Source: Octopus bimaculoides (Eukaryota). From it: a DNA stretch of 64,000 nt. The stretch spans positions 99,211,079 through 99,275,078 of the forward strand of contig NC_068983.1 of assembly GCF_001194135.2 (NCBI RefSeq), written 5' to 3'. Positions 12,532-24,605 of this stretch are shown here, piece after piece (the first letter of the stretch is position 1; each line of letters opens with the position of its first letter). A program made the position numbers and the translations under genes. The notes under the pieces are model-generated. The model was given only the letters and a program-made list of their open reading frames with translations. It was not told the DNA's origin and ran no database searches.

Positions 12532-13846
12532 NNNNNNNNNNNNNNNNNNNNNNNNNNNNNNNNNNNNNNNNNNNNNNNNNNNNATATATAATGCAAAAAA
12601 AGCCCCACCCTACTCACTGTGATAGTGAAATAGAGATAAAATTTTAAGATTTATTCTCTCTGTGTAGCCTGGTACCAAATGATGTATGGCCCATTACTGG
12701 TCCGTGGCCCAGTGGTTGAAGACTCCTGCTTTAGAATATTTACCTTATTAAATTTCAGGAATATTAAAGGCACAAAGCTAAGAAATTTGACTGTTGGCTA
12801 CCTCATCATAATTCCAAATCTTATTATAAATGTTGTTATATATTGAACATAATCAGCATTTTGCTTGTTTTAGGCAACCCTGTTGGGATAAGTCCCGTTC
12901 CTGATTTATGGTTGCATGAATTTTAGTAAGAAGGGTATCAGTCTGTAAAAATGATTTATTCAGTTGCAGAAGCTGTCCTGTCTTATGTAGATTACAAATT
13001 GGCGAATATAAGTGAAATGTCACTCCTTAGCTGATTGCTTAGAGACTGCATGATGAATGATCACTGTTTCAATTAGATCTCATTAATAATTGTTTCTAAT
13101 ATTACTGAAAAGAAGAAGAAAAAAAAATAACCTTCTTAAATGCATTCAATGTTTGCAAACTAACAGACCATGCTCTATGAAACCAGTTCAGGCTGGTGCT
13201 AGCAAACAGGTTTGTAAATAAATGAGGCATTGAAGAACAGTAGGAACTATGGAAAAGAAAGTGGCATTATTGAATATACAAAAGAAACTATAGAGTGAAG
13301 GTGAGGAATGTGCAAGGAATGGGGTTTAATTGACAATAGAAAGGAGAGTGAGGACTAGTGAAGTAAACTTTACCTGAGAGAAGTGACAGAAAAAAAATAA
13401 ATAAATGAGACTGGCTCCTGACATGATGTAGGCAAAACAAACAAAATAGCTGCAAGTAAAGAAGTGAAGGTTAATGCTGCTACTTAAAGATACTTATTTA
13501 TTTTATGGGGGGAAACTCACTAAGTGTGAAGTTCTAACTTCTTAGAGGAGAGTAAGATGAAAATGTTATCTATAAGAGATTTGATAGATATGTATCAAGG
13601 ATATCAATGCATTGGTGTTTTCATAAATTATTTCCTTAGAATATTTACTTTATTTAATAAATTTCATATCTATTAATGGCACACAAGCAAATGATGGAGT
13701 GTGATTCATGGATCCAATACTCCAGTACACCATAACTTTGATTAAAGGCCACTTTGTGCATGTCAGCAGTCAATGGTTCATCATGTAGGTGGCAGTGTGA
13801 CAGTTTGAGAATGCTGCATGTTTTTCATTGTCTTATCTGTTCTAGT

Positions 13847-14124
13847 TGTGAGAATGCATGGTCTAGTAGTTAGGGTGTTGCATTCACAATTGCGAGATCG
13901 TGGTTTCAATTCCTAGACCAAGTGGTGTGTTGTGTTTTTGAATGAAATACTTCATCTCACGTTGCTCTGTCATCATTTCAACATCTGACGTGTGGCACAC
14001 TTGTGCACCTGTTCAGACAACATCAATTTGATGGAAGGTGTAAGCTAACGTACAGCACATACATTTGATCACTATAAACAAATAAAGCTGAACACTCATA
14101 CATTGCCTTCAACAGAATAGTTCA
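13847..14124 (+). mobile_element. tRNA-derived SINE family 3 with 14-bp target-site duplication
   Basis: A/B-box-like head; flanked by the exact direct repeat TTATCTGTTCTAGT at 13833-13846 and 14125-14138. Confidence 0.85.
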
Positions 14125-14221
14125 TTATCTGTTCTAGTAGTGGCCAGAAGAGCAACAGATGAGATGAATTTGAGCAGAGTGTGACAGTTGATTTTCTTTA
14201 ATGCTTGTTTTAGGTTATTTG

Positions 14222-14435
14222 TAGTGAAGGTGCATGGGTCTAGTGGTCAGGGTGTTGCACTCATGATTGCAAGATCATGGTTTTGATTCCTAGACAGAGT
14301 GGTGCATTGTGTTCTTGGGCAAAACACAGCCCTCAGCTGTAAATGAGTTATCTTGTAATGGATTAGTGTTTTGTTTAGGAGGAATGTTGTGATCTTGGTC
14401 ACTTACATGTAATGGAAACCGGGTCACCAGCCCAA
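14222..14435 (+). mobile_element. SINE family 3, second copy with a different 3' part
   Basis: First ~110 bp align with 13847-13960. Confidence 0.7.
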
Positions 14436-16339
14436 TGAGTTCTAGAACTTGAGGCAGTAGTGTCCAGGTGTTAACTTTGGACTATTTGTATCCCAGTAGA
14501 CTATGGAGATTGTAAAATTATTGATTTGTTAGTAGTAACAAAGTTCCCTCAAACAAACTCTTTACCTCAGTTTAAATAAAAGAGAGACATGAATCACAGT
14601 ATGTAGGATATTTCTCAGTTTTTAAGCAGCTGGTACATAAACAAAATATTTATGATGAAGGAAATTGTACTACAAATACTAAACGTCTATCTTGAAGATA
14701 CTAGATATCATAAGGAAAATATTGGAAAGAAAACCAACATACTCAGGAGCTGAAGAGTTATCTGCTGCTAGGTTAGATCAAGCTGGTTGTGAGAAAAGCA
14801 CATGTTACAGGCCCTGCTTTTCTTAAAGCCTGCACTAAGTATTTACAAGCTGTCAATTCTGATTTAGTGAGCCTGCACATACTATATTACTAGAGTACTA
14901 TTCTGCCTTTATTAATGGTTGTGTATTTAAGATTGGTCCAATACTTGGAACACTTTCGAGACCTAATATAACTAAATTGAATGGTAACAATAAATGAGCA
15001 CACTTCATTTTTGTTGGATCCTAATTAATAGACTTGCTATTGTATTTCTCTGTTTCAGTATATTGAATTCATCGTAGAATAATTAAACCTGCTAATTATT
15101 TTTCTCAGAAATAAAACTGACTGAACAAATCAGATTATTACTAATATATTACAGACATTGTAATGCTGACCATCCCCAATAAACCAAATAGGTAATTTTG
15201 ACCAGGTAATAAACATATTATAATTCATATAGTTTCTACTTTAATTACATACCTTTGAGCAAAACTATAGTACTAATAACTGTTTAAAATTAGACCACAA
15301 AAACGAACTAATGTTATATTAAGGTTGTGGGTTGTGTATCAGAAGAAAATATTTAGCCTGTGCATATTAATTGCTTAAGTAAGAATGCTATATATTAGCA
15401 AATTTGTGCAATGGTTGTAACATGTAAGCTTTCTGTTTTTAGGTTTGGCTTGAAATGGAATCAGTGTCTATAGACCTATTCATATTTACTGCAGCATAAT
15501 TTTTAGTTTGAGGCATTATCATAAATATTGTTGGCATCAGTATACAAAAGAGAATTGATTAGTAGGGAATTATTTGTTGATTTCTGGCATATCAAGGTAT
15601 TGGTGGCTACTAGATATTCATTAATAAACGTTGTTTCACTTTGGATTGCCTGTTCAAACATGTTATACATTTCCTGAAGCTTCATTTGGATTTTTGTAAA
15701 AGTGGAAACCATGGTGTGGGAGGGAATATTGACAAAAGCTACTATGTTTAAGCCATCATCTTCCAGTGTACTTCTAAATATCTCAAACATGGGTTCCTTG
15801 TATTTGTTTCGATCTTCCTACCTCATGCTAACTTATCTAAAGACATTAACTCACCAAATATGTAGTTTAGAACCATAAATTTATTTATAATTCAACTCTG
15901 CAGAGGAATACACATCTAGCAAACTAACCAGCTTTATTCTCTCTCATGTGCTTGTTGAACTGTATGCACTGGTCCTTCAAATAAGCTGTTGTATTTATTA
16001 AAATGAATAATTGTAATTTTATAAAATAACTAGGTTTTGGTTTAAATAAAAACAAAAAATATATCTAGGTTTTATTATTTTTTTTTGTGGTCCCCCCTCC
16101 CCCCAAAATGTAATACATATAGTTATCATATTTCTCAGAAAGCAAATGAAAACTATTCTGCTTCTTATTCAAGGTTATGACTTCAGGAAGTTCATCAAAG
16201 TTTAGTGGAGAGGGGTTTAATATCTGGAAAATGCCAGTAATATGTGAAGTTAACATAAAGTTTCTCACATAGACACACATTAATTTCACTATGGATGCAC
16301 ATAAACAAAGATGGATGTGTCAATTCCTCTACTTATGGA

Positions 16340-16515
16340 AGAAATTGACACTGAATACAACCATTAAAGCACATTTCTAGAGTGAATAATTGAAGTTATA
16401 ATGTTATTAGTAGGAATAAGGTGTTTCAGTGTATGATGACGATGAAGTTATTAACTCTCCTCACAACGAAAATTATTTGGGGTTGTTAGAATGACTGGCC
16501 AAGTTTGGTCCCTTT
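16340..16515 (+). pseudogene. hAT-superfamily transposase fragment
   Basis: DDDEVINSPHNENYLGLLE*LAKFGPF resembles the G.DE..GS..NGNYLG.LEL.AKFDPF block of hAT/ZMYM-like transposases; in-frame stop. Confidence 0.5.
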
Positions 16516-17574
16516 CAAAAGATTTATTTATGCTAAATGTAGAAAAATTTAAAATTGTAGTTTATTATACAATTAAAAAAAAATTGGGTTTTAATATTTC
16601 TGTAATATTTTTGTTTAAATCTAGAACTCCTTTATAACATAAGCTCTTGGCCCTACTGTAGCCTGAGCTGTGGTTATTCATCAATACTAAGTAAAACTAG
16701 CTGCTTCAAGTAATAGAATTAAGTGTTCTAGGAAAGTTAACAAAAAAAAGCAGGGCTGTGGAAATGGTACATAGAACTTGCAACTCTGACTCAAGTTTCT
16801 CTGCTTGCAGACTAATTATATTTCTCATATTCAGTGAAAACTTGAATCATACTTTTTCTAGCACTCTAATCTGTTTAAAGTTTGGGTTTAAAGGCTATAA
16901 TTAGTCCAGTTTGACTCTTTTATGTTAAGTAAAAAATTGCTAACAAATTGTTAGCATAATACAAAACTTACGAAATTAGCTAACAGGGTTGATTTTTCCC
17001 AGAACTTGTAAACAGGTATAAAGAAATAAACTTTAAAAATACTATCAAAAGAAAATCAAGGGAATCTTTCTTTACTTGTTCAAACATTTAAAATACATCA
17101 AAGTTAAAACTATTGTGTTAGAATGCCTAACACAATTTAACAAATGACCATTTATAAAGAAATAAGTCCATTTAGATACATAGCTTTTCTTAAAGCATTG
17201 TTTGGTTATAAAATTTCAGTGAATGTTAATGAAATAAAAATTATGTTGTATTAATGAAATATTGTACCTATAGCTGTTAAATCAAACATTCAAATAAAAA
17301 ATTTACAAACAGAATTCTTAGAAATACAATTACTTCTACCAGATCCTCCTTCACAAGAAGGTCTTAGATTTGATTTGGTTATTTCAGTCAAATTAGTATC
17401 TGTGAGAATGGACAATTTAATGTTTTATATAACAATTTACATTTAGTTGAAATAGAATTTCTACATTTTTACTTACTCTGACTTCACAGCCCTACAAAGA
17501 TCTTGCTGAGTAGAGCAATTAGACAGGGGCTATCATTCCAACTTTCTGTTTCTCTAAAGATTGTCTATTTTTAG

Positions 17575-17611
17575 ATTTGGAACCCTATTTGTGTGCTCAT
17601 TGCTCTCATTT
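17575..17611 (+). other. Candidate 37-nt internal exon
   Basis: Acceptor ttgtctatttttag and donor gtgagt; all three frames open. Confidence 0.25.
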
Positions 17612-18872
17612 GTGAGTTGAAAATTATGTTAAGGATATGAAATAAAATACGGCAGACAGTAGCAGTAGAAAAGCAAGGTGAGGAGACAGCATGTCTGTAG
17701 TCCAGGGGTTGAGTGTGTTGGTATGCTATGTACACCACACAAAATTTACCAGTCTCAGAAAGTCTGTTAAACTCATGAGCCTAGCTCAATTTTATGACTA
17801 AGCTTTAAAATATGTCAGTTGTTGCGCAAATAATAACATATGCCATTGAAACTTGCAAACAAACCACTTAAGCTTTGTGGCTGGATGTATTTTAACAGTA
17901 GTGTCTCATATAATAAAACGTGTCTTAATTGAGGTAATGCTTCAAAGAATCTAAGTACAGACTTCTGGAGGTATATGTACAGAAAATAGCTTAAGTTTTA
18001 TTGAACATGTCTAAGTGTATGTATTTGGTGTAGTACCTTCATACAAGAGAGAAATGGATATTTCACAGAATCACAATATATTTATAGAATAAGAAGAAAA
18101 AGAAATATTGCTTTTTTTTAAAAACTTAGTGTAAGGAGGTGTAGTAACTTTCTGACCTTTATAGTTCCCTCAGATTAATGGGTTTGATATCTGTAGAGAA
18201 AACCTGGATAGAGGATGAGTACCAGTGGCTTTTAGTGCTTGGGAGAAAATATTAAGGAAAGTGTTTAGTGTAAATTTGATGTGTTGCAGAATTTTGGGAA
18301 TGCAAAGTGGTGGAGAAACACTGCTTCTCTAATGGCTGAGCATCTTCTTGAGAACCAGAAGTTTTGGATTACCTGTGTAATATCTAATAGCCATTATGTT
18401 GTATAGTTTTATAACCTTTTCATTATGCTCTGAAATAAGGCATTAATCTACTGGCTCCTTTTTGTAGCAATAGGAAGGGAACTTTATTTATTAATGATAT
18501 TTATTTATTGTATATCACAGTTGATGAATAATAGCGGTGTTGATTACAGGTTTTTAACACCTAAATTACTGGTTCATTACATTTCTGACAGTGATAGTAA
18601 CATGGGATTATCTGTAACTCAATGCAGAACAAATGTCACAGGAGATGTTGTTCATAAAGCACAGTTTTTCTGTTTTCTCAGTGATGTATATTAGTGGAAG
18701 ATATACATGCATACACACACACATACACACAATGGATTTCCATACAGATTTTACTTACCAAATTTCACTTAAAGAATTAGTCAACCTGAGGCTATGGTTG
18801 AAGGCACTTGCACAAAGTGCCATGTGGTGGAATTGTACCTAGAATCACATGGTTGTGAAATGGACTTCTTAA

Positions 18873-19092
18873 CTTTTTAGTGCTTATAACAACCATATCT
18901 GGCTCAAATATTCTACCTGTCTTATGTTCAAACCGGCTAGCTTTAGCCTTTCACATCTACCCTACAATGTCAATCTAAAAATAAACAACCATGTCATTGA
19001 AATCTCTAAGCTACAAGATAATGCATAATTAATTCAACACAATGTGAATAAATAAGGATTACTTTTGACAGAGTAATCTGAATGCTAAAAGG
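18873..19092. mobile_element. MITE family A
   Basis: TTAA-flanked ~220 bp, ends ATGCTAAAAGG|TTAA; aligns with 8497-8716. Confidence 0.85.
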
Positions 19093-20301
19093 TTAAACCA
19101 CCCAGCTACACCTGAACTCAACAATATAGAAAGGTTGATCTCACACATAATATAGAATGATGATTGCTGTACAAAGTGAAATATGGCAAATGAGTGAAAT
19201 GGGTTATCTTCGGTTAGCCGTCAGAAGTATCTAGTTATATGAAATTTACAGAGGAGTGTTGTATTTTGCATGAGGCATTGTGTAATATGAAGGAAATTAC
19301 TGTCATAAAAGACAATCACAGATTGGATACTAAATAAAAAAGAATAACAAAGATACTGATTTTCTTTATTGTAGAAATTAGTCCTGATATTGCAAGTTAA
19401 AAATGATTTTACAGAGGATTTAAAGAACAGTAGGGATATATAAATTATATGTCCATATTGTTAACCTGTAAAAACGTTGTGTGTAATCTTTAAATTACCA
19501 TGTATGTGGAGGTATAGAATTTAGGGATATGAATTGAGTTCTATGATATTTGCAAGGAGAAATTAGGCCAAGTGTTTGATGCATGTTATTCACAGTATCC
19601 ACTGGCACTTGTTCAATTCAAGCCAGTTGTTTATTGTTGGTTTGTATTTTTGTACAGGATGTCTTCTTTTATATGCAAATTACTAATATCATAGTCTGTG
19701 GCTTTAATGATAGCTATGATGTTCTTGTTCATGTTCCTGCAATTTCAAAGGTGGTGCTCATGTACTGTATTTTCCAGCATACAAATTGATGTGGTATATC
19801 GTGTAAATGTTCACACATTGTCACTATCTTTCCAAATCCTGCTGCATGGAATTTTTGGTCCTCTAATTCACATGAAATTTTTGGTTCTCCAAAGTTGTCT
19901 TGGTTTATATGTTGACCTACCTCTTTTAGCTGTAAATTTTGGCCTGAAAAAATTGACATGTATGCCAGAGAATATGATATTTTTGCAAAAAATATTCATT
20001 ACATTTGGCTAAATAAATTTAATATATGATGATAATATATAGGCTTATGTTCATGTTGCAGACAGGGCAGTTGGCTAGCACTCTTAGGTTTCCATCATTG
20101 GGGAGCTGTTTCTTCAATAAACACTTTTATAGCGAAGGTCCTAGTGGGCCAGCTGTATAACTACCTCTTTACAACAGATGTCATCTCCTGCCCACTCTGG
20201 CACTGTTAGCCCATGAAAACGCAATTCACAGGTTCAAATTCTGCATCTCTGTTCGTGTCGTAATTCTAATATTCCGCATAAAGATTTGACATGTCAACAG
20301 A

Positions 20302-20309
20302 ATGGACAG
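20302..20309 (+). CDS. Candidate first coding segment (ATG GAC AG) at the 3' end of putative exon 20178-20309
   Basis: Acceptor ctctttacaacag; donor CAG|gtaatt; ATG has A at -3 and G at +4, with an in-frame TGA at 20287-20289 upstream. Confidence 0.3.
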
Positions 20310-20556
20310 GTAATTTATATTTCTCTTTGTTTTTTAAAGCCTATGTAACTCAAAGTATCACAACTAATCAAATATTTCTTAGGTAACTTCAATATGGTTG
20401 TTATTGTTATTTCTGATGCTTAATCTTCTATCTGCATTGCCATCATATTCTATAACACTAATTATTTTAGAGGCTGTACAATTCAAACAAAGAAGTGATT
20501 TTCAAACAGACTGAGAATAGGCCAACATTTTAATTATTTGCTGTTTTGCATTGCAG

Positions 20557-20570
20557 GTCTAATCATCTAG
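20557..20570 (+). CDS. Candidate 14-nt micro-exon (R-SNHL-E)
   Basis: gctgttttgcattgcag|GTCTAATCATCTAG|gtaaac; phase-compatible with both neighbours. Confidence 0.3.
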
Positions 20571-20714
20571 GTAAACTTATGAGTGATAGTAGAAAAGCAG
20601 TTGAGTGTTTTAGTATTAGTGCTAAATGCAACATATAAGAGGACTGAAATATGTGGCACATTGCTTTACTTGGGAAGACCAACCCACCACAATAGAATTG
20701 AGATCCCAGAACCA

Positions 20715-20975
20715 AAGTGCCACGTAAGAAGCATTGGTGTAGGTGGTGGTATCATGTAAAAAGCAATGATGTTGGTGCTACTTAAAAAGCACTGGTGCCA
20801 TGTAAAATGCACCCAGTACACACTCTGGAGTGGTCGGCATTAGGAAGGGTACCCAACCATAGAAACCAAGCCAAAAAAAACTATGGAACCTGGTGCAGCC
20901 CCTGGTTTTGCCAGTTCCTGTCATGTCATCCAGCCCATACTAGCATGGAAAACAGACGATTAATGTTGATAATTA
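20715..20975 (+). mobile_element. SINE family 4 / RTE-type 3' tail element
   Basis: Aligns with 36518-36729 (GTAAAAGCAC..GGCATTAGGAAGGG..CATACTAGCATGGAAAACAGACG). Confidence 0.75.
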
Positions 20976-21061
20976 TATAATGTATGAGAGACTTAAAGCA
21001 CTATTAGTATTAAATTTTAACTGGAGTACAAAGCTTCAGATTTTTCATCTATTACCCACAG

Positions 21062-21090
21062 AAAATTTACTCTCTAATAATTTCTTAAAC
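21062..21090 (+). CDS. Candidate 29-nt exon (E-NLLSNNFLN)
   Basis: tttttcatctattacccacag acceptor and AAC|gtaagt donor; only the phase-1 frame is open. Confidence 0.35.
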
Positions 21091-21485
21091 GTAAGTGTTA
21101 TTTCAAACATGTAGAATGATAGGTGAACTCGTAATTATTGTCATGAAAGCAAACAATTTATTTTAAGACAACTCTTACTCATCTTGTTATAAAACAAATA
21201 TATATTGTATTTTGTAGAATTATTAGTGCCACTTGAACCTGATTTTCCACCATAGCTATTTGTTTTTGAGGCTGATTGTCAGTCACATCCTAATTCACAA
21301 GTTGACATTCATTTCTGAAAAATCCAACTCTTATGCAAAAAACCTGCAACTTAACCTAGGTAACTCAAATATATGATCTGTGTTTTACTCCAATGAGAAA
21401 TATATTTTTTAGAGTGTGAATACAGTTGTTTTAAGATTCAAACTATGACAGAAATGTGTTTCTATCTACATGTGTAGGAGTGTAT

Positions 21486-22064
21486 GTGTGAATTTGATGG
21501 TACAGAATTAAACTAGATGATCTGACAGTACTGATATTTACTATGTATAATATGCTAAATCTGCTGTGTGAAACTGAGGCAGGTAGACTACCCTAAAACT
21601 CTTATTGTATGGGTGTGTGATGAAAGTTATCAATGAACTGTTGTATTATGATACAGTGCAACTAAGATACCATACTGGAATGTAGTAACTGAAACTGATT
21701 ATTAAAACTGAAAGAGAAATTAGCTAAGGAGTAAGACAATTCTATTTTCCCTTGCCACTTCCATGTTAGATATATAATTCATGCTGATATGAACTCAGTT
21801 ATAGTGTGAATTTGATGGTACAGAATTAAACTAGATGATCTGACAGTACTGATATTTACTATGTATAATATACTAAATCTGCTATGTGAAACTGAGGCAG
21901 GTAGACTACACTAAAATTCTTATGGTATGGGTGTGTGATGAAAGTTATCAATGAACTGTTTGTTGTATTATCATAATACAATGCAACTAGGATACCATAC
22001 TGGAATGTAGTAACTGAAACTGATTATTAAAACTGAAAGAGAAATTAGCTAAGGAGTAAAACAA
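21486..22064 (+). repeat. Tandem duplication of a ~255-bp unique segment
   Basis: 21486-21740 and 21804-22064 are nearly identical (a few substitutions, small indels); separated by a ~63-bp junction. Confidence 0.95.
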
Positions 22065-24024
22065 CTTTGCATTCTTGTGTAACCCTCACCTTGAGTTAAG
22101 AAGAACATGCAATACAATGCTACTGCTACTAAAATTGTGAAATTTCAATGCTTTTGCTGTATCTACTTCATGTTCACAACTTTCATACTGACTGTCAGCT
22201 CTCATTGCATTGATATGAAGGAAAATCATCGAGAACCTGTTATTAGCACTGAATTAAGAATAAGCTGTCATGCCATTGTTGATAAGCTTTTTGTATAAAT
22301 AAAAGGGATTGCTATGGGAAACTTACTGATTTCATTACTTCAGTATGTATATATAACAACAAACGTCAGTCACATTTTATAGATGTGAATTATTTAGGGA
22401 GTTGCTGGTTTTATGCTAAATTTTATGAACTCAGTTATAAGTCTTGCAAAATTTCTTTTTTTTTTTATGTTAAAGGAATTTCTAAAAATTTGATATCAAC
22501 TAGGTCAATTTTAATTTCAGACCTAATTATAATAATATTTTAGCATGCTAAAATAATTAACAGAAATTAGGAATTTAACCTTTTAGTTTTATAATTTTTC
22601 TGTTCCTATTCTCTCACAGTAGTATCACAGAATTATTTTCTTTTTTTATATAAATCTTGACTTTTATTAGATTGGATTAACATCATTTAGAACTCATTAG
22701 TAGAAAAAAATGGTTTATCTCCTTTTCTTATAAACTTTATTTAATCATCATTATCATCATCATTGTGCTACTCATTTTTTTCAACATTAGTGTTGGTAGG
22801 CCAAATCTACAAAAATCAGCTGTCTTAGCTTCATGCTATCGCATGTAAGTCATACCACTTTTTAGTATGACCAAACTATTTCATCGTAAGTTTTCTTTGG
22901 TCTCTATCTGATATGAGTACATTCTACACTGAACTCATCAATCATAATTTTCCATCCATTATGTAACCTCCATCTTCATAATCTGTTCCTAACTGTGATT
23001 TTTTTTTCTTTTCCTGTATGCTTAATTCTATTTTCCCTTGCCACCTTCCATGTTAGATATATAATTCATGCTGATAGCCTGATATTGCAAATTCACAATT
23101 CTCATCTAATCAAGACAAATAAAGCATACACCAAAATAGAAAATCATTGTAGTTTGCTTGAAGCATTGTGATATAAAAGTAAAATAATATAATAAATATT
23201 ACTAGCATCTAACAATATAAAAGGGGAAAGTTATACCAAAATAGTTGCAAAGTTGATTATTTCATTTGGTTGAAATCTGTGTTAGGTTGATAGCTTCAAA
23301 TAAATTAAGACTGTGCACTAACCCAGTCCTTATTGTTTGCCATTGTTGCATTCATATTTGGGTTGCAAAACAGAAGTGACATTTTGGATGGTAGTAATCT
23401 GTATGCTAGTATTCCATTTCGTTGCAAGTAGTGAGCTCTGAGGATAGCTTCTTCCTTTATTTTCACCAGATTTGGAGGCTCTTTTTCTTCTAAGTTAAAA
23501 AATATTTTTGGAGGGAAGAGACCAGAGAACTAACCTCTGCAGAGTGAGGATCTGCCTTGTCAGTGTTATCTTAAACAAAACCAAAACACAACATATCCAG
23601 AACATCTGATGGTTAGTTCCAACTAATCTGTTAATGATCTCAGTATTAGTGATCTGCTCATGTATTTCTGATTGTTGCAACTCACCTATAAATAAAAACC
23701 TTGTTTGATGCTTTTAGTATACAGTGACTTTCATAACTCACTGTGCAGCATTATATTTCTCATAGTCTATTTTTTGCATTTAGAAAGAAATCCTTTGTTG
23801 GCTATCAATAGTTATATCTCCAACACTGATTATATTTGGCAGCTATCAGAATATATTGACTGCTTTCAGAAAGCTATCCATACAGTGAATGGTTTTTCAG
23901 TTTATGACTTCTGTATACTTTGATGTGTATGCTATTTTGTGCAATATACACTGGCAGACTCTTGTTTGTTGTTTTCCCAGAGGCTGACAGTTTCTGTTGT
24001 CCCTCTCCCAGATGTTTAGTGTGT

Positions 24025-24272
24025 CTATCAGATACTGTCAATTTCTTTGTCAATCTACCAGATGCTGCCAATATCTTTCACAATCTACCAGACCCTGTAA
24101 TTACTTTGTCAATCTACCAGACACTATTAATTTCTTGGTCAATCTCTCTGATGCTGCCAATATTTTTGTTAATCTACCAGATGCTATCAATATCTTTTCA
24201 ATTTACCATACACTGTCAATTTCTTTGTCACTCTATCAGATGCTGTCAGTTACTTTGTCAATCTACCAGATG
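24025..24272. repeat. 30-bp minisatellite, 8 full units plus a partial
   Basis: Consensus CTACCAGATGCTGTCAATTTCTTTGTCAAT; units start at 24025, 24055, 24085, 24114, 24144, 24174, 24203, 24233 and 24263. Confidence 0.95.
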
Positions 24273-24385
24273 TGCACTGTAACTTTTGTGTAATCATAAT
24301 TTTTTTCATTTTCTTTTCCTGTTAATAGAACAACACATATTCCCCAATTCCCCTGATATTGTTGGTATTTCAGGCCACTTGTTAA

Positions 24386-24605
24386 CCCTTTATCATTCAG
24401 ATTACTCTGTCAAATATAATGCTTATTTGTTCACATCGTTTTGAACTAATCATGTATTATCCTGTAGTTTTGAGATTTCAAAGATATGATTGTTTATTTC
24501 TAGAATGTCATTGTAGAGTAGGTGTGTGAGGCTAGATCTGGGTAGTTTGAATGTAAAACTGATAGAATATTTGGGCCAGTTATGGCCGGTTTAAATACTA
24601 AAGGG
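24386..24605. mobile_element. MITE family A
   Basis: TTAA|CCCTTTA...TAAAGGG|TTAG; opposite orientation to 8497-8716. Confidence 0.9.

Noticed and set aside
19583-20012. Three overlapping ORFs on both strands
   Set aside because: No recognisable domain; hydrophobic shadows of T-rich DNA. A decayed element is possible but unsupported.
20178-20309. 44-codon phase-0 frame with one in-frame TGA (20214-20216) as a selenocysteine exon
   Set aside because: No selenoprotein motif or SECIS, and the frame is incompatible with the next candidate exon; a 5'UTR with uORFs is simpler.
24025-24272. 30-bp repeat as a CRISPR array
   Set aside because: Units are contiguous with no unique spacers, there are no cas genes, and the context is eukaryotic.
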